Origin: Thermoanaerobaculia bacterium
GTDB lineage: Bacteria; Acidobacteriota; Thermoanaerobaculia; Gp7-AA8
Direction: 5' to 3'
DNA: 64,000 nt
Assembly (NCBI GenBank): GCA_036009605.1
Contig: DASYLL010000458.1
Span: forward strand, 8,829-72,828
Position 1 is the first letter of the stretch. Each line of letters starts with the position of its first letter. Under the pieces are notes generated by a model. That model was not told where the DNA came from, made no database searches, and worked only from the letters and a program-made list of their open reading frames with translations. Shown here piece by piece: positions 39,821 to 48,440 of this stretch. A program made the translations under genes and the position numbers.

Positions 39821-41061
39821 GCGTGATCGAAGAGACCCGCGTGACGTACGACATCCGGAAAATCCGCAGCGACTTCCCGATCCTTGCGCGCGAAGTGCGC
39901 GGCAAGCGCCTCGTCTATCTCGACAACGCCGCCACGACGCAAAAGCCGCGTCAGGTCATCGATCGGATCGTGCGCTACTACTCCGAAGAGAACTCGAACG
40001 TTCATCGCGGCGTGCACTATCTGAGTGAGCTGGCGACGATGGAGTACGAAAACGCGCGCGGTGTCGTGCAGCGCTTCATCAACGCGAAGAGCGAAAAGGA
40101 AATCGTCTTCACGCGTGGCACGACCGAGTCGATCAACCTCGTCATGCAGACGTGGGGACGCGCGAACGTCGGCGCGGACGATGAGGTGCTGATCTCCGCG
40201 ATCGAGCATCACTCGAACATCGTGCCGTGGCAGATGCTCGCGCAGGAAAAAGGCGCGATCGTTCGCATCATCCCGGTCAACGACGAAGGCGAGCTGCTCA
40301 TCGACGAATACGAGCGGATGCTGAATCCGCGCGTGAAGATCGTCGCCGTGGGCCACGCATCGAACGCTCTCGGCACGATCAACCCGCTGCGCAAAATCAT
40401 CGACCTCGCGCACGCGAACGGATCGCTCGTTCTCGTGGACGGCGCGCAGGGCGCCCCGCACATCAAAATCGACGTGCACGCCCTCGGCTGCGACTTCTAC
40501 GCGTTCTCCGGACACAAGGTCTACGGACCAACCGGCATCGGCGTGCTGTGGGGACGCGAGTCGCTGCTCGACGCGATGCCGCCATGGCAGGGCGGCGGCG
40601 ACATGATCCTCTCCGTCACGTTCGAGAAGACCACGTACAACGCACTCCCCTACAAGTTCGAAGCGGGCACGCCGAACATCGAAGGCGTCGTCGCGCTCGC
40701 GGCCGCGCTGAACTACGTTTCGGACATCGGTCTCGACAACATCGGCGCGTACGAACACGACCTCGGCGTCTACGCCACGAATCGTCTGCGCGAGATCGAA
40801 GGCCTGCGCTTCATCGGCACGGCGCGCGAGAAGGCAGCCGTGATCTCGTTCGTGCTCGAAGGCGTTCATCCGCATGACATCGGCACGATCCTCGACCAGG
40901 AAGGGATCGCCATCCGCACCGGCCATCACTGCGCGCAACCGCTCATGATGCGCTTCAACGTTCCCGCGACCGGACGCGCGTCGTTCGGCCTCTACAACAC
41001 GCGCGAAGAAGCGGACGCGCTCGTGGCGGGACTCCACAAAGTCATCGAGGTCTTTCGCTGA
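39817..41061 (+). CDS. sufS: Cysteine desulfurase SufS
   Basis: GTG start overlapping the sufD stop (GTGA), with RBS GGCGAGGAGG. It has the PLP-lysine region SGHKVYGPTGIGVL and the catalytic Cys loop RTGHHCAQP. Confidence 0.9.
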   Translation: MSVIEETRVTYDIRKIRSDFPILAREVRGKRLVYLDNAATTQKPRQVIDRIVRYYSEENSNVHRGVHYLSELATMEYENARGVVQRFINAKSEKEIVFTRGTTESINLVMQTWGRANVGADDEVLISAIEHHSNIVPWQMLAQEKGAIVRIIPVNDEGELLIDEYERMLNPRVKIVAVGHASNALGTINPLRKIIDLAHANGSLVLVDGAQGAPHIKIDVHALGCDFYAFSGHKVYGPTGIGVLWGRESLLDAMPPWQGGGDMILSVTFEKTTYNALPYKFEAGTPNIEGVVALAAALNYVSDIGLDNIGAYEHDLGVYATNRLREIEGLRFIGTAREKAAVISFVLEGVHPHDIGTILDQEGIAIRTGHHCAQPLMMRFNVPATGRASFGLYNTREEADALVAGLHKVIEVFR

Positions 41062-41510
41062 TGTCCGATCTTCGCGAGCTGTACCAGCAGGTCATTCTCG
41101 ACCACAACAAAAATCCGCGGAACTTTCACGACATGCCGGACGCGACGAATCGCGTCGACGGCTACAACCCGCTCTGCGGCGATCACTACACCGTCTTCCT
41201 CAAAACGGAAGGCGAGACGATCAGGGAAGTGAGCTTCACCGGCAGCGGCTGCGCGATCTCGAAAGCGTCGGCGTCCGTGATGAGCTCGACCGTCAAAGGC
41301 AAATCGAAAGACGAGGCCGACCACCTCTTCGAGACGTTCCATCGCCTCGTCACCGGCGACCAGAGCGGCCTCAGCGCGGCAGACCTCGGCCGCCTGGCCG
41401 CGTTCTCCGGTGTGAGCGAGTTCCCGGCACGTGTGAAATGCGCGACGTTGGCGTGGCATACGCTACGCAGCGCTCTCGAAGGCAACGACGAAAAGGTCTC
41501 GACCGAATAG
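41061..41510 (+). CDS. sufU: SUF system NifU/IscU-like Fe-S scaffold (SufU)
   Basis: Conserved Cys residues in NPLCGD, GSGCAIS and VKCATLAW; 149 aa. Confidence 0.85.
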   Translation: MSDLRELYQQVILDHNKNPRNFHDMPDATNRVDGYNPLCGDHYTVFLKTEGETIREVSFTGSGCAISKASASVMSSTVKGKSKDEADHLFETFHRLVTGDQSGLSAADLGRLAAFSGVSEFPARVKCATLAWHTLRSALEGNDEKVSTE

Positions 41511-41522
41511 GACATCCATCGA

Positions 41523-42071
41523 ATGAGAGAAGAAGTCACATTCAGCCGCAGCGCCGAAGCGATCATGATCCCGAGCGGTGAGAAGGTCCTCGTGCCCGTC
41601 GGCGCGCAGGCCACCATCACGCAGTCCCTCGGCGGCACCTACACCGTCATCACCGACCGCGGCCTCATGGTCCGCGTTTCCGGCAAAGAAGTCGAAGCGA
41701 TCGGCAAGTCTGCGACCGACATCGCGGACATCGCCCTTGCCGACATCACTCCCGAGAAGCTCGAGGAGATGGTGTGGGACGCGCTCAAGACCTGCTACGA
41801 CCCGGAGATCCCGGTCAACATCGTCGACCTCGGCCTCGTGTACCTCTGCGAGCTGCAGGACGCCGAAGGCGGCGGCAAGAGCGTGCACATCAAGATGACA
41901 CTCACCGCTCCCGGCTGCGGCATGGGACCGGTGCTCGCGGGTGACGTGCGCTCGAAACTCGTTTCGCTGCCTTCGGTCAAGGATGCCGAAGTGGAAGTCG
42001 TGTTCGATCCGGTGTGGGATCGCAGCATGATGTCCGAGGCGGCGCGGTTGCAGTTGGGCATGATGTGGTGA
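41523..42071 (+). CDS. SufT-like DUF59 (MIP18 family) Fe-S assembly protein with an N-terminal ~80 aa extension
   Basis: C-terminal DUF59 core VWDALKTCYDPEIPVNIVDLGLVY...TAPGCGMG. The N-terminal extension is of unknown function. Confidence 0.65.
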   Translation: MREEVTFSRSAEAIMIPSGEKVLVPVGAQATITQSLGGTYTVITDRGLMVRVSGKEVEAIGKSATDIADIALADITPEKLEEMVWDALKTCYDPEIPVNIVDLGLVYLCELQDAEGGGKSVHIKMTLTAPGCGMGPVLAGDVRSKLVSLPSVKDAEVEVVFDPVWDRSMMSEAARLQLGMMW

Positions 42072-42092
42072 TGCGCGGTTACAATCGCGCCA

Positions 42093-42668
42093 TTGGCCTA
42101 TTGCGCACACTGCGGTAGTCACGTAGCCCAGGTCTCGTTCGTGCCGTGCGCGTCGTGCGGCAATCCGACGAACGGCGCGCCTCCGCGTCCGCCTGCGAAG
42201 AGCGTAAACGTCGCGGCGATCGTGATCGGTGTCGTTGCCGCGGCTCTCGTAGTCGTTGCGATCATCGGAATCCTCGCGGCGATCGCGATCCCGAATTTCG
42301 TCACCGTGATGGAGCGCTCGAAACAGAAGCGCACGATGGCCGACATGCGCCTCGTCGGTCTCGCGCTCGAGAAGTACGGCGAGCACCACCTGCAGGAAGA
42401 GTATCCGCCCGGTCCGACCGTCGCTTCGCTGCGTCCGTTTCTGGAGCCTTCGTACATGACGACCCTGCCGAAGTTCGATGGCTGGTCGAACGACTACATG
42501 TACATGCCACTACCGAATCGCGGGTACGTGATCGTGAGCGGAGGCAAGGACCTGACGTTCGACCATCAGCCCGACGAGTACACGCCCGGAATTATCCCAA
42601 ACTTCGACTGCGACATCGTCTATTCGAACGGTACGTTCGTGCAGTATCCCGGCATTCAGGGACATTGA
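42093..42668 (+). CDS. Chimeric zinc-ribbon :: TM :: pseudopilin (GspG/type IV pilin-like) domain protein
   Basis: N-terminal zinc ribbon CAHCG...CASCG, one TM segment running into a pilin-like helix AIIGILAAIAIPNFVTVMERSKQKRTMADMRLVGLALEKY, and the GspG-like C-terminal FDGWSNDYMYMP...VSGGKD. It lacks the canonical G/FTLIE prepilin cleavage motif. Confidence 0.6.
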   Translation: MAYCAHCGSHVAQVSFVPCASCGNPTNGAPPRPPAKSVNVAAIVIGVVAAALVVVAIIGILAAIAIPNFVTVMERSKQKRTMADMRLVGLALEKYGEHHLQEEYPPGPTVASLRPFLEPSYMTTLPKFDGWSNDYMYMPLPNRGYVIVSGGKDLTFDHQPDEYTPGIIPNFDCDIVYSNGTFVQYPGIQGH

Positions 42669-42671
42669 TCG

Positions 42672-42995
42672 GTGTACTGCACGAACTGCGGCACCGAGCT
42701 TTCCTCCGATGCGATCTCCTGCGCGAGCTGCGGTCAGGCCGTCCCGCATTTCCCACCGCCGCCGAACATCCCGAACTTTCTGGTTCACTCGATCATCGCG
42801 ACGCTCTGTTGCTGCCTTCCGTTCGGAATCGTGGCGGTGATCTTTTCCGCGCAGGTAAACTCGAAGCTCGCCGCGCATGACATCAGCGGCGCGGAAGCGT
42901 CGTCGCGCCGCGCACGGATCTGGGTGATCGTGGCATTCGTCGCCGGAATCCTTGCCTACGCGGGGGCCACGGCACTGACTTTGTGGAGGACTTGA
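42672..42995 (+). CDS. Zinc-ribbon :: CD225/dispanin-like small membrane protein
   Basis: CTNCG...CASCG zinc ribbon, proline linker, then CD225 signature IPNFLVHSIIATLCCCLPFGIVAVIFSAQVNSKLAAHDISGAEASSRRA. Confidence 0.7.
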   Translation: MYCTNCGTELSSDAISCASCGQAVPHFPPPPNIPNFLVHSIIATLCCCLPFGIVAVIFSAQVNSKLAAHDISGAEASSRRARIWVIVAFVAGILAYAGATALTLWRT

Positions 42996-43423
42996 ATTTG
43001 TTTTGTCCGAATTGCAGGACTTCGAATCTCGACAACGCGAGCATCTGCATCAACTGCGGAAAGGCGCTGACGTCGAACACGCCGCACAGCTACACACCAC
43101 CGCCCCCTCCTCCCCGCGCGAACGCGGGCTACGCACCACCACAGCCGTCCAGTGGCGAGTCGATCCCGAACTATCTCGTGCATTCGATCATCGTCACTCT
43201 CTGCTGTTGCATGCCGCTCGGCATCGTGGGGATCGTGTTCGCTGCGCAGGTCAACTCGAAGCTCGCACTCGGCGATTACATGGGTGCGCGCGAAGCATCC
43301 GCGAAAGCGAAGCTCTTCACGATGATCGGCTTCGGCATCGGTCTCGTGGGTGTCGTCATCCTGTTTCTTATGGCGGGAGCCAGCATCATGGAAGCCGTCC
43401 GTGTCGCGATGGAAAATCGCTAG
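42983..43423 (+). CDS. Zinc-ribbon :: CD225/dispanin-like small membrane protein (paralog)
   Basis: CPNCR...CINCG, PPPPPP linker, CD225 signature IPNYLVHSIIVTLCCCMPLGIVGIVFAAQVNSKLALGDYMGAREASAKA. It overlaps the previous gene by 13 bp. Confidence 0.7.
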   Translation: MEDLNLFCPNCRTSNLDNASICINCGKALTSNTPHSYTPPPPPPRANAGYAPPQPSSGESIPNYLVHSIIVTLCCCMPLGIVGIVFAAQVNSKLALGDYMGAREASAKAKLFTMIGFGIGLVGVVILFLMAGASIMEAVRVAMENR

Positions 43424-43757
43424 CGTCATCGTCCTCGGAATCATCGGCGGGTGGGTGCTCTACACCTTCCCGCCGGTCACGACCGCGTTCTATCCGCAGT
43501 GCACGTTCCGGCAGCTCACGGGATTCGATTGTCCCGGCTGCGGCTCCACCCGCGCATTGCACGCGCTTCTGCATGGACGCTTTGCGGAAGCGTTCCGCTT
43601 CAATCCGCTGCTGTTCGCGTTGATGATCGTCGCCGGAATCTCGGTGCCGAGCATGCTTCGCGGTGAGCGTCCGCGCTTTCTCTACACGCGCTGGTTCGGA
43701 TGGGGAGCCGCGATCGTGATCGCGGGTTGGTGGATCGGCCGCAATCTCTACCGGTAG
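43407..43757 (+). CDS. DUF2752 domain membrane protein
   Basis: CPxxxxTGxxCPGCGxTRA signature (CTFRQLTGFDCPGCGSTRALHALLHG). I chose the in-frame GTG at 43407 as the start; the track ORF start at 43350 overlaps the upstream gene by 74 bp. Confidence 0.55.
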   Translation, partial: RWKIASVIVLGIIGGWVLYTFPPVTTAFYPQCTFRQLTGFDCPGCGSTRALHALLHGRFAEAFRFNPLLFALMIVAGISVPSMLRGERPRFLYTRWFGWGAAIVIAGWWIGRNLYR

Positions 43758-43828
43758 TGACGCCTGAAAAGACTACGGGCCGGATGGCAACTGCCACCCG
43801 GCCCGTTTTTCGTTCGTTGCTAACCCGC

Positions 43829-45823
43829 TTATTGCGGCGGAACCGTCAGCGCTTCGACGTTGACGTAGAACCGGAAGAGACCGGTCGTCTGGACGCCGAG
43901 GTTGAACTCGACGACCGTGCTCGCGCCGTTGGCGAGCGGCACAGTCGTCGTGATGATGCCTTCGGCGAGGCTCGAGTTGAGTCCGCCACCGGACGCCTGC
44001 GCTGCCGGCGTCTGAAGCGTCAGAGCCTGCCCGGCAACGGTGGTCGTGTCGGTCAGCGTGATCATCTGAGCCGGCGAGTTGAGCACGCGAAGGTCGGCCT
44101 GTCCCGGAGGCAGCGCAGCGCCGGTGAGCGTCGTGATGTCCGCGATGCGATAGCGCAGAGCGACGACGGGCAGCCCCGTGTTGTTGGTGAAGCGGCGGCG
44201 AATCTTGAGCGTACCGTTCGCGCCGTTGGCGACAGGAGTCAGATCGCGCACGCGATTCGGTGCAGCACTCGAAGCCTGCATCGGGTCGATGATCGCCGCC
44301 GGGAACTGCCCGTTGTGCTCAATGGGTGCGCTCGTCGTGGTGTAGGCCGTCACCGTCGGTCCGCGCTGGGGTCCCGGCGCGCCGAGGGTGGACGAGACGG
44401 TGTCGATGGTCGCGCCGGTCGTGGAGACCAGCGCGAAGTCGGCACTGTTGCTGCCGGTGTCCTGCGGACGTCCGGAAGAAGCAGCCGTGATCTTGCGCAT
44501 CCAGCTGTGCTGTCCGGCGGTGACGATGCCGGCGGCAGGCGAGAGACCGGTTCCCTCTTTGTAGTCAACGTTCGTGACCGAGCTGTAGCCGACCGAGTCG
44601 AGTCGGTTGGCAGTCAGCGCGTCAGCGGTCGAGAAGACGGCGAGACCGACGTCGTCCGGCAGGAAGCCGACCGTCGCGGAAGCCGGGTTGACCCCGACGT
44701 TTGCCATACCGCTCGCGGTGATGCCGGTACCGGTCGGGTACGTGGAGAGACTGTACGTGTTGGCAGCCGGGCTCGGAGTATTCGGCTGCGTCGAGATCAG
44801 GAAATAGCCGCGTGGCGGGATGGCCAGCGGACCTGCGGTCGAGAGGGTCTGCGGCAGGACGAGGAAGGTCGTCTCGGTCGCGCCTTGCGCACCCGCAAAA
44901 CGCCAGCCCGCGCCGGTCACCGAAGTCGGGTCGGCACCCGGGATGGCGTCGATGATGGTGACGCTCGTGTCGGTGTTGTTGTAGATCTCAATGAACTCGT
45001 CGGCGCTGCCGTCCGAGGTGGGAGGCGTGGTGCCCTCGCCGCGCGTGCGGAACTCGCTGATGAGAATATCGCCGGCTGCCGGCGCCGGCGGACGCACGTC
45101 AAACGTAAGGGTCCAGCCGCCGCTGATGCTGCCGCCATCGAGGTTGGCGTCGTCGATGATGTAGAGATCCCACGTTCCGTTCGGCGTGTCGCCGTTGAAA
45201 GCCGAGAGCGTGTAAGTGTAGGGCACGCCGGCCGCGGGCGCGGGGAACACGTCGGTGGTGCCGGAGTTCGCCGGGCGGTAGCTACCGCTGACGAACGGCA
45301 CACCGGTGTTGCCGGTGACGGTCGAGGGCACCGGGCGGGCGGCGTAGTCGTCGAGCGTCACATTGATGCCCGAGACGCCGGGCGAGCCCGCGCCGAAGTC
45401 GGACATGATGACCGACTTGCGTCCAGACGGGGAGACGAGCAGGAAGTCCACGTCTGCCGGGAAGGCATGGCTGAAACCGTTGATCGTGACGGAGACGCGC
45501 TGAATGACGCCGACCTCACCCGAGACCACGATGGGCGCAGGATAGAGCGAGGCGGCCTGACCCGACAGCGGGCACGGATTCGGGCAGTCCGTGATCGTGA
45601 TGGCGGTCGCATTCGTGAACGCGGCCGAGGAGACCATCGGAGGCTGCAGCGTTCGTTTCGGCTTGTTCCCGTTTGGAACAACCGACTGCACCAGGGGGGT
45701 GGGTGCGTCGATCACTGCCGCCGACTTCTGCGCGTACGCGAAGGGCGCGGAGAGCGTCAGCGCAGCCGCAACCGACAGGACGAACCGAGATGAGGAACGC
45801 ATACGGGGGCTATGCATGGACAA
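43829..45823 (-). CDS. Secreted surface protein with proprotein-convertase P-domain-like and lamin-tail-like (LTD) domains
   Basis: Signal peptide SRFVLSVAAALTLSAPFAYAQ, a P-domain-like block VGVIQRVSVTINGFSHAFPADVDFLLVSPSGRKSVIMSD, an LTD-like block DILISEFRTRG...EFIEIYNNTDTSVTI, and a long Thr/Gly/Ala-rich beta-rich remainder. Confidence 0.7.
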   Translation of the reverse strand: MSMHSPRMRSSSRFVLSVAAALTLSAPFAYAQKSAAVIDAPTPLVQSVVPNGNKPKRTLQPPMVSSAAFTNATAITITDCPNPCPLSGQAASLYPAPIVVSGEVGVIQRVSVTINGFSHAFPADVDFLLVSPSGRKSVIMSDFGAGSPGVSGINVTLDDYAARPVPSTVTGNTGVPFVSGSYRPANSGTTDVFPAPAAGVPYTYTLSAFNGDTPNGTWDLYIIDDANLDGGSISGGWTLTFDVRPPAPAAGDILISEFRTRGEGTTPPTSDGSADEFIEIYNNTDTSVTIIDAIPGADPTSVTGAGWRFAGAQGATETTFLVLPQTLSTAGPLAIPPRGYFLISTQPNTPSPAANTYSLSTYPTGTGITASGMANVGVNPASATVGFLPDDVGLAVFSTADALTANRLDSVGYSSVTNVDYKEGTGLSPAAGIVTAGQHSWMRKITAASSGRPQDTGSNSADFALVSTTGATIDTVSSTLGAPGPQRGPTVTAYTTTSAPIEHNGQFPAAIIDPMQASSAAPNRVRDLTPVANGANGTLKIRRRFTNNTGLPVVALRYRIADITTLTGAALPPGQADLRVLNSPAQMITLTDTTTVAGQALTLQTPAAQASGGGLNSSLAEGIITTTVPLANGASTVVEFNLGVQTTGLFRFYVNVEALTVPPQ

Positions 45824-45962
45824 GTCTCTCCCTTAGATAATAGGGGCACCGAGCGAGGGGCAGCTGACATCGCACATCGGCATAAATTGGGGTTGAACGG
45901 TCGCCAGCGTAAGTAAGTGACGGGGCGACTGTCAAGAAAGTGTGTCGGTTCTACGGGGCTTT

Positions 45963-46259
45963 CTAGCGGTGAGTGTTGAAAAATGTCCACTCGCCGATCG
46001 CGTGTCCCGCCGCGCGCTGCTTCGCCTGCAAAAAGCCATCGACCGCAGCGAACGCACTGATTGCGAGCGACGCCGTTCCGCATGTCGGAATCGCAACGGC
46101 GAGCGCCGCGATGATGAAGACGATGCCTTTCGTCTTCTGTCCGATCACGATCGAGCCGACACCGAACAGAAAGAGATTCAGCAGCAGGATGAGGATGGGA
46201 TCACCGCCTCCGCCGGAATTCGGCGGAGGCGGTGAAGGGGTTTGCGAATCGAGGGTCAC
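45963..46259 (-). CDS. TM2-like small membrane protein with Pro/Gly-rich N-terminus
   Basis: PSPPPPNSGGGG N-terminus followed by two TM helices (ILLLNLFLFGVGSIVIGQKTKGIVFIIAALAV), resembling the TM2 domain. Confidence 0.5.
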   Translation of the reverse strand: MTLDSQTPSPPPPNSGGGGDPILILLLNLFLFGVGSIVIGQKTKGIVFIIAALAVAIPTCGTASLAISAFAAVDGFLQAKQRAAGHAIGEWTFFNTHR

Positions 46260-46262
46260 CGA

Positions 46263-46706
46263 CTAGAAGTTGATCTTCTGGCCGAGGTCCGTCAGCACGG
46301 GCACGGTGAAGCGCTTGCCGCCGACACCCTGAACGATGCAGATGACGCGGAGCACGAGGAAACCGATCCAGATGACGCAATTGATGATGCCGATGCCGCA
46401 GCCGGCGACGTTCGGCAGCACGAAGGTGAGGACCGTGACGACGATCCAGACCAGGATCTCGCCGATGAGGATGCCGAGGCCGTTCTTCGCGTGCCACTGC
46501 ACTTCGGAGTCTTCTTTCTTCGTGAGCAGCGGAATCAGCGCGAGGATCCAGAGATACGACAGCACGACCATCAACGTGCGATCTCCGCTCGCAGGGGCGC
46601 CAAAACCGGAGCCTCCGGGCGGAGGGGGCGGTGGCGGTGTATACGATCCGCCGCCGGGAGGGGGCGGAACAGCCGGCGGTACGGTGGGCGGGGGAATCTC
46701 GCTCAT
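46263..46706 (-). CDS. DUF4870 domain membrane protein with proline-rich N-terminus
   Basis: PPPTVPPAVPPPPGGGSYTPPPPPPPGG N-terminus, then DUF4870-like core LSYLWILALIPLLTKKEDSEVQWHAKNGLGIL. Confidence 0.65.
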   Translation of the reverse strand: MSEIPPPTVPPAVPPPPGGGSYTPPPPPPPGGSGFGAPASGDRTLMVVLSYLWILALIPLLTKKEDSEVQWHAKNGLGILIGEILVWIVVTVLTFVLPNVAGCGIGIINCVIWIGFLVLRVICIVQGVGGKRFTVPVLTDLGQKINF

Positions 46707-46751
46707 TTCTTCTCCTTGCCAGTCATGTGAAGCGGTGGAAGCGAAACGATT

Positions 46752-48407
46752 CTAGTCGGTTTCAGCGAACCGGGTGAGGCGTCGTTCCGCGGCGCGCATA
46801 GGTATCACTGCCAGCACCGCGGACAGCGTGAGCGCAATCACGATCGGCGCAGTTGTCCCGATCCATCCGCGCGCTTCTTCCATCGGCATGACGCTGGCGA
46901 GGAAGTAACGCATCACCGGACGCGCCATCAGAATCATCATCGTCGCGACGTAGCCAAGCGAGATCGCCATGTACGCGAAGCCGCCGAGCGAGAGACCAAC
47001 CTGCAGCGGATTCTCGGCGTTGAAATTCGGCGAGAACGCACCGAGTCCGACGCCGAGACTCACCAGCGTGACGGGCAACAGCAACGCGCCGATCATCGTG
47101 AACGACCACACCACGAGGTTCGCGCTGAGCAACACGTTTGCGAACGCAGTGAGCAGCAGCGAGAGCAACGTGAGCGGCGTCGCGTAAACGAACACCTTCA
47201 CGCGCAGGAACTGTCGATACGACACCGGCGCCGTCTGCACGAGCCAGAACGCCTTGCCTTCCGCCGACACCGATGGATACGCGAAACGCAGACAGATCGC
47301 CGCGATCACGAAACCGGCCATGCCGAGGTTGGCGTACGCGACGAGCGTTGCGCGCGCGTCGCCGCCGAGCGGCAGCATGCGGATGTTGTACAGATAGATG
47401 AACACGAGCGCGGCCATGAGAAAGAGCTGCGACCACTGCGCGACATCGCGACCGATCGTGCGCACTTCCTTCGCCAGCAACGCGCGCAGTTGCGGATCGG
47501 CGTGCGTGAGCAAACGATCGAAGAGACGCGTCGTCGATGCCGCACCGATCGCCATCGGCGCCATGCTTTCCCGCGCGCGAACGAACGCCGTGAAGTACCA
47601 GCCGCGCGCGATGAACGCAAACAACGCGAGCAAGGTCGTCGACAGAATCCAGATGCGCGGCGCGAACAACGGCAGCGTGGCACTGGTCATCATCGCCGCG
47701 AGATCGGAGCTCGGATAGAGCGTCATCGACGGCAACTCGATCGTCATCAGCACCTGCACCGGATTGTCCGTGAACACCTCGGTGAAGAAGCGCTCCGGAC
47801 GACTCATGCGAAACGCGATCACGACCACTGTCAACACGAGCACCGCGAGCGTCGCGACGATCTGATTCACGCGACGTACCGGAAACCAGCGCACGAGCAA
47901 CAGAATCACGAGCGACGCCGCGGAGACGGGAATCGACATCAGCAACGCGAGATTGCCGAGGATCACCGGATAGAAGTGCCACGGCTTGTCGTACTGCTGC
48001 CCGAACGCGACGATCAGCGGAATGAGAAACACGAACACGACCGTAGCCGCCTGGAGCAGTGTCTTCACCCAGCGCGTGAGCGCGACGCGCAGTTTTGAGC
48101 GCGGCGCGGCGTGATGGATGTCGAGATCGAAGTCGGTGAAGTACGCGCCGATCGCCGCGGTGAGCGATGACGAAAACAGAATCACCGTCGCGACGAGAAA
48201 CACGAGCGAGAGCAGATTGCGCAGCAGACCGAGCGCGAAGATCGGCGTCTCCGCTTCGACTTTCACCGTCGCCTGGAAGAGGCGGCGGAAGAGCGCGTAG
48301 TCGCCCCACAGAAACACGCCAACGATGGCGATGACGATCAGCGTGCGCGTGATCGTGGATGCGTTGAGGGGACGGAGCTTCGCGAGAGCGAGGCGGACGG
48401 ACCACAT
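46752..48407 (-). CDS. Large polytopic membrane protein (at least 12 TM; possibly ABC-exporter-like permease family)
   Basis: 551 aa and highly hydrophobic throughout. No ATPase partner lies nearby, and the family assignment is tentative. Confidence 0.55.
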   Translation of the reverse strand: MWSVRLALAKLRPLNASTITRTLIVIAIVGVFLWGDYALFRRLFQATVKVEAETPIFALGLLRNLLSLVFLVATVILFSSSLTAAIGAYFTDFDLDIHHAAPRSKLRVALTRWVKTLLQAATVVFVFLIPLIVAFGQQYDKPWHFYPVILGNLALLMSIPVSAASLVILLLVRWFPVRRVNQIVATLAVLVLTVVVIAFRMSRPERFFTEVFTDNPVQVLMTIELPSMTLYPSSDLAAMMTSATLPLFAPRIWILSTTLLALFAFIARGWYFTAFVRARESMAPMAIGAASTTRLFDRLLTHADPQLRALLAKEVRTIGRDVAQWSQLFLMAALVFIYLYNIRMLPLGGDARATLVAYANLGMAGFVIAAICLRFAYPSVSAEGKAFWLVQTAPVSYRQFLRVKVFVYATPLTLLSLLLTAFANVLLSANLVVWSFTMIGALLLPVTLVSLGVGLGAFSPNFNAENPLQVGLSLGGFAYMAISLGYVATMMILMARPVMRYFLASVMPMEEARGWIGTTAPIVIALTLSAVLAVIPMRAAERRLTRFAETD

Positions 48408-48440
48408 GAACGCAGGATAGCGGCTATGTCAGCGGCTTTG

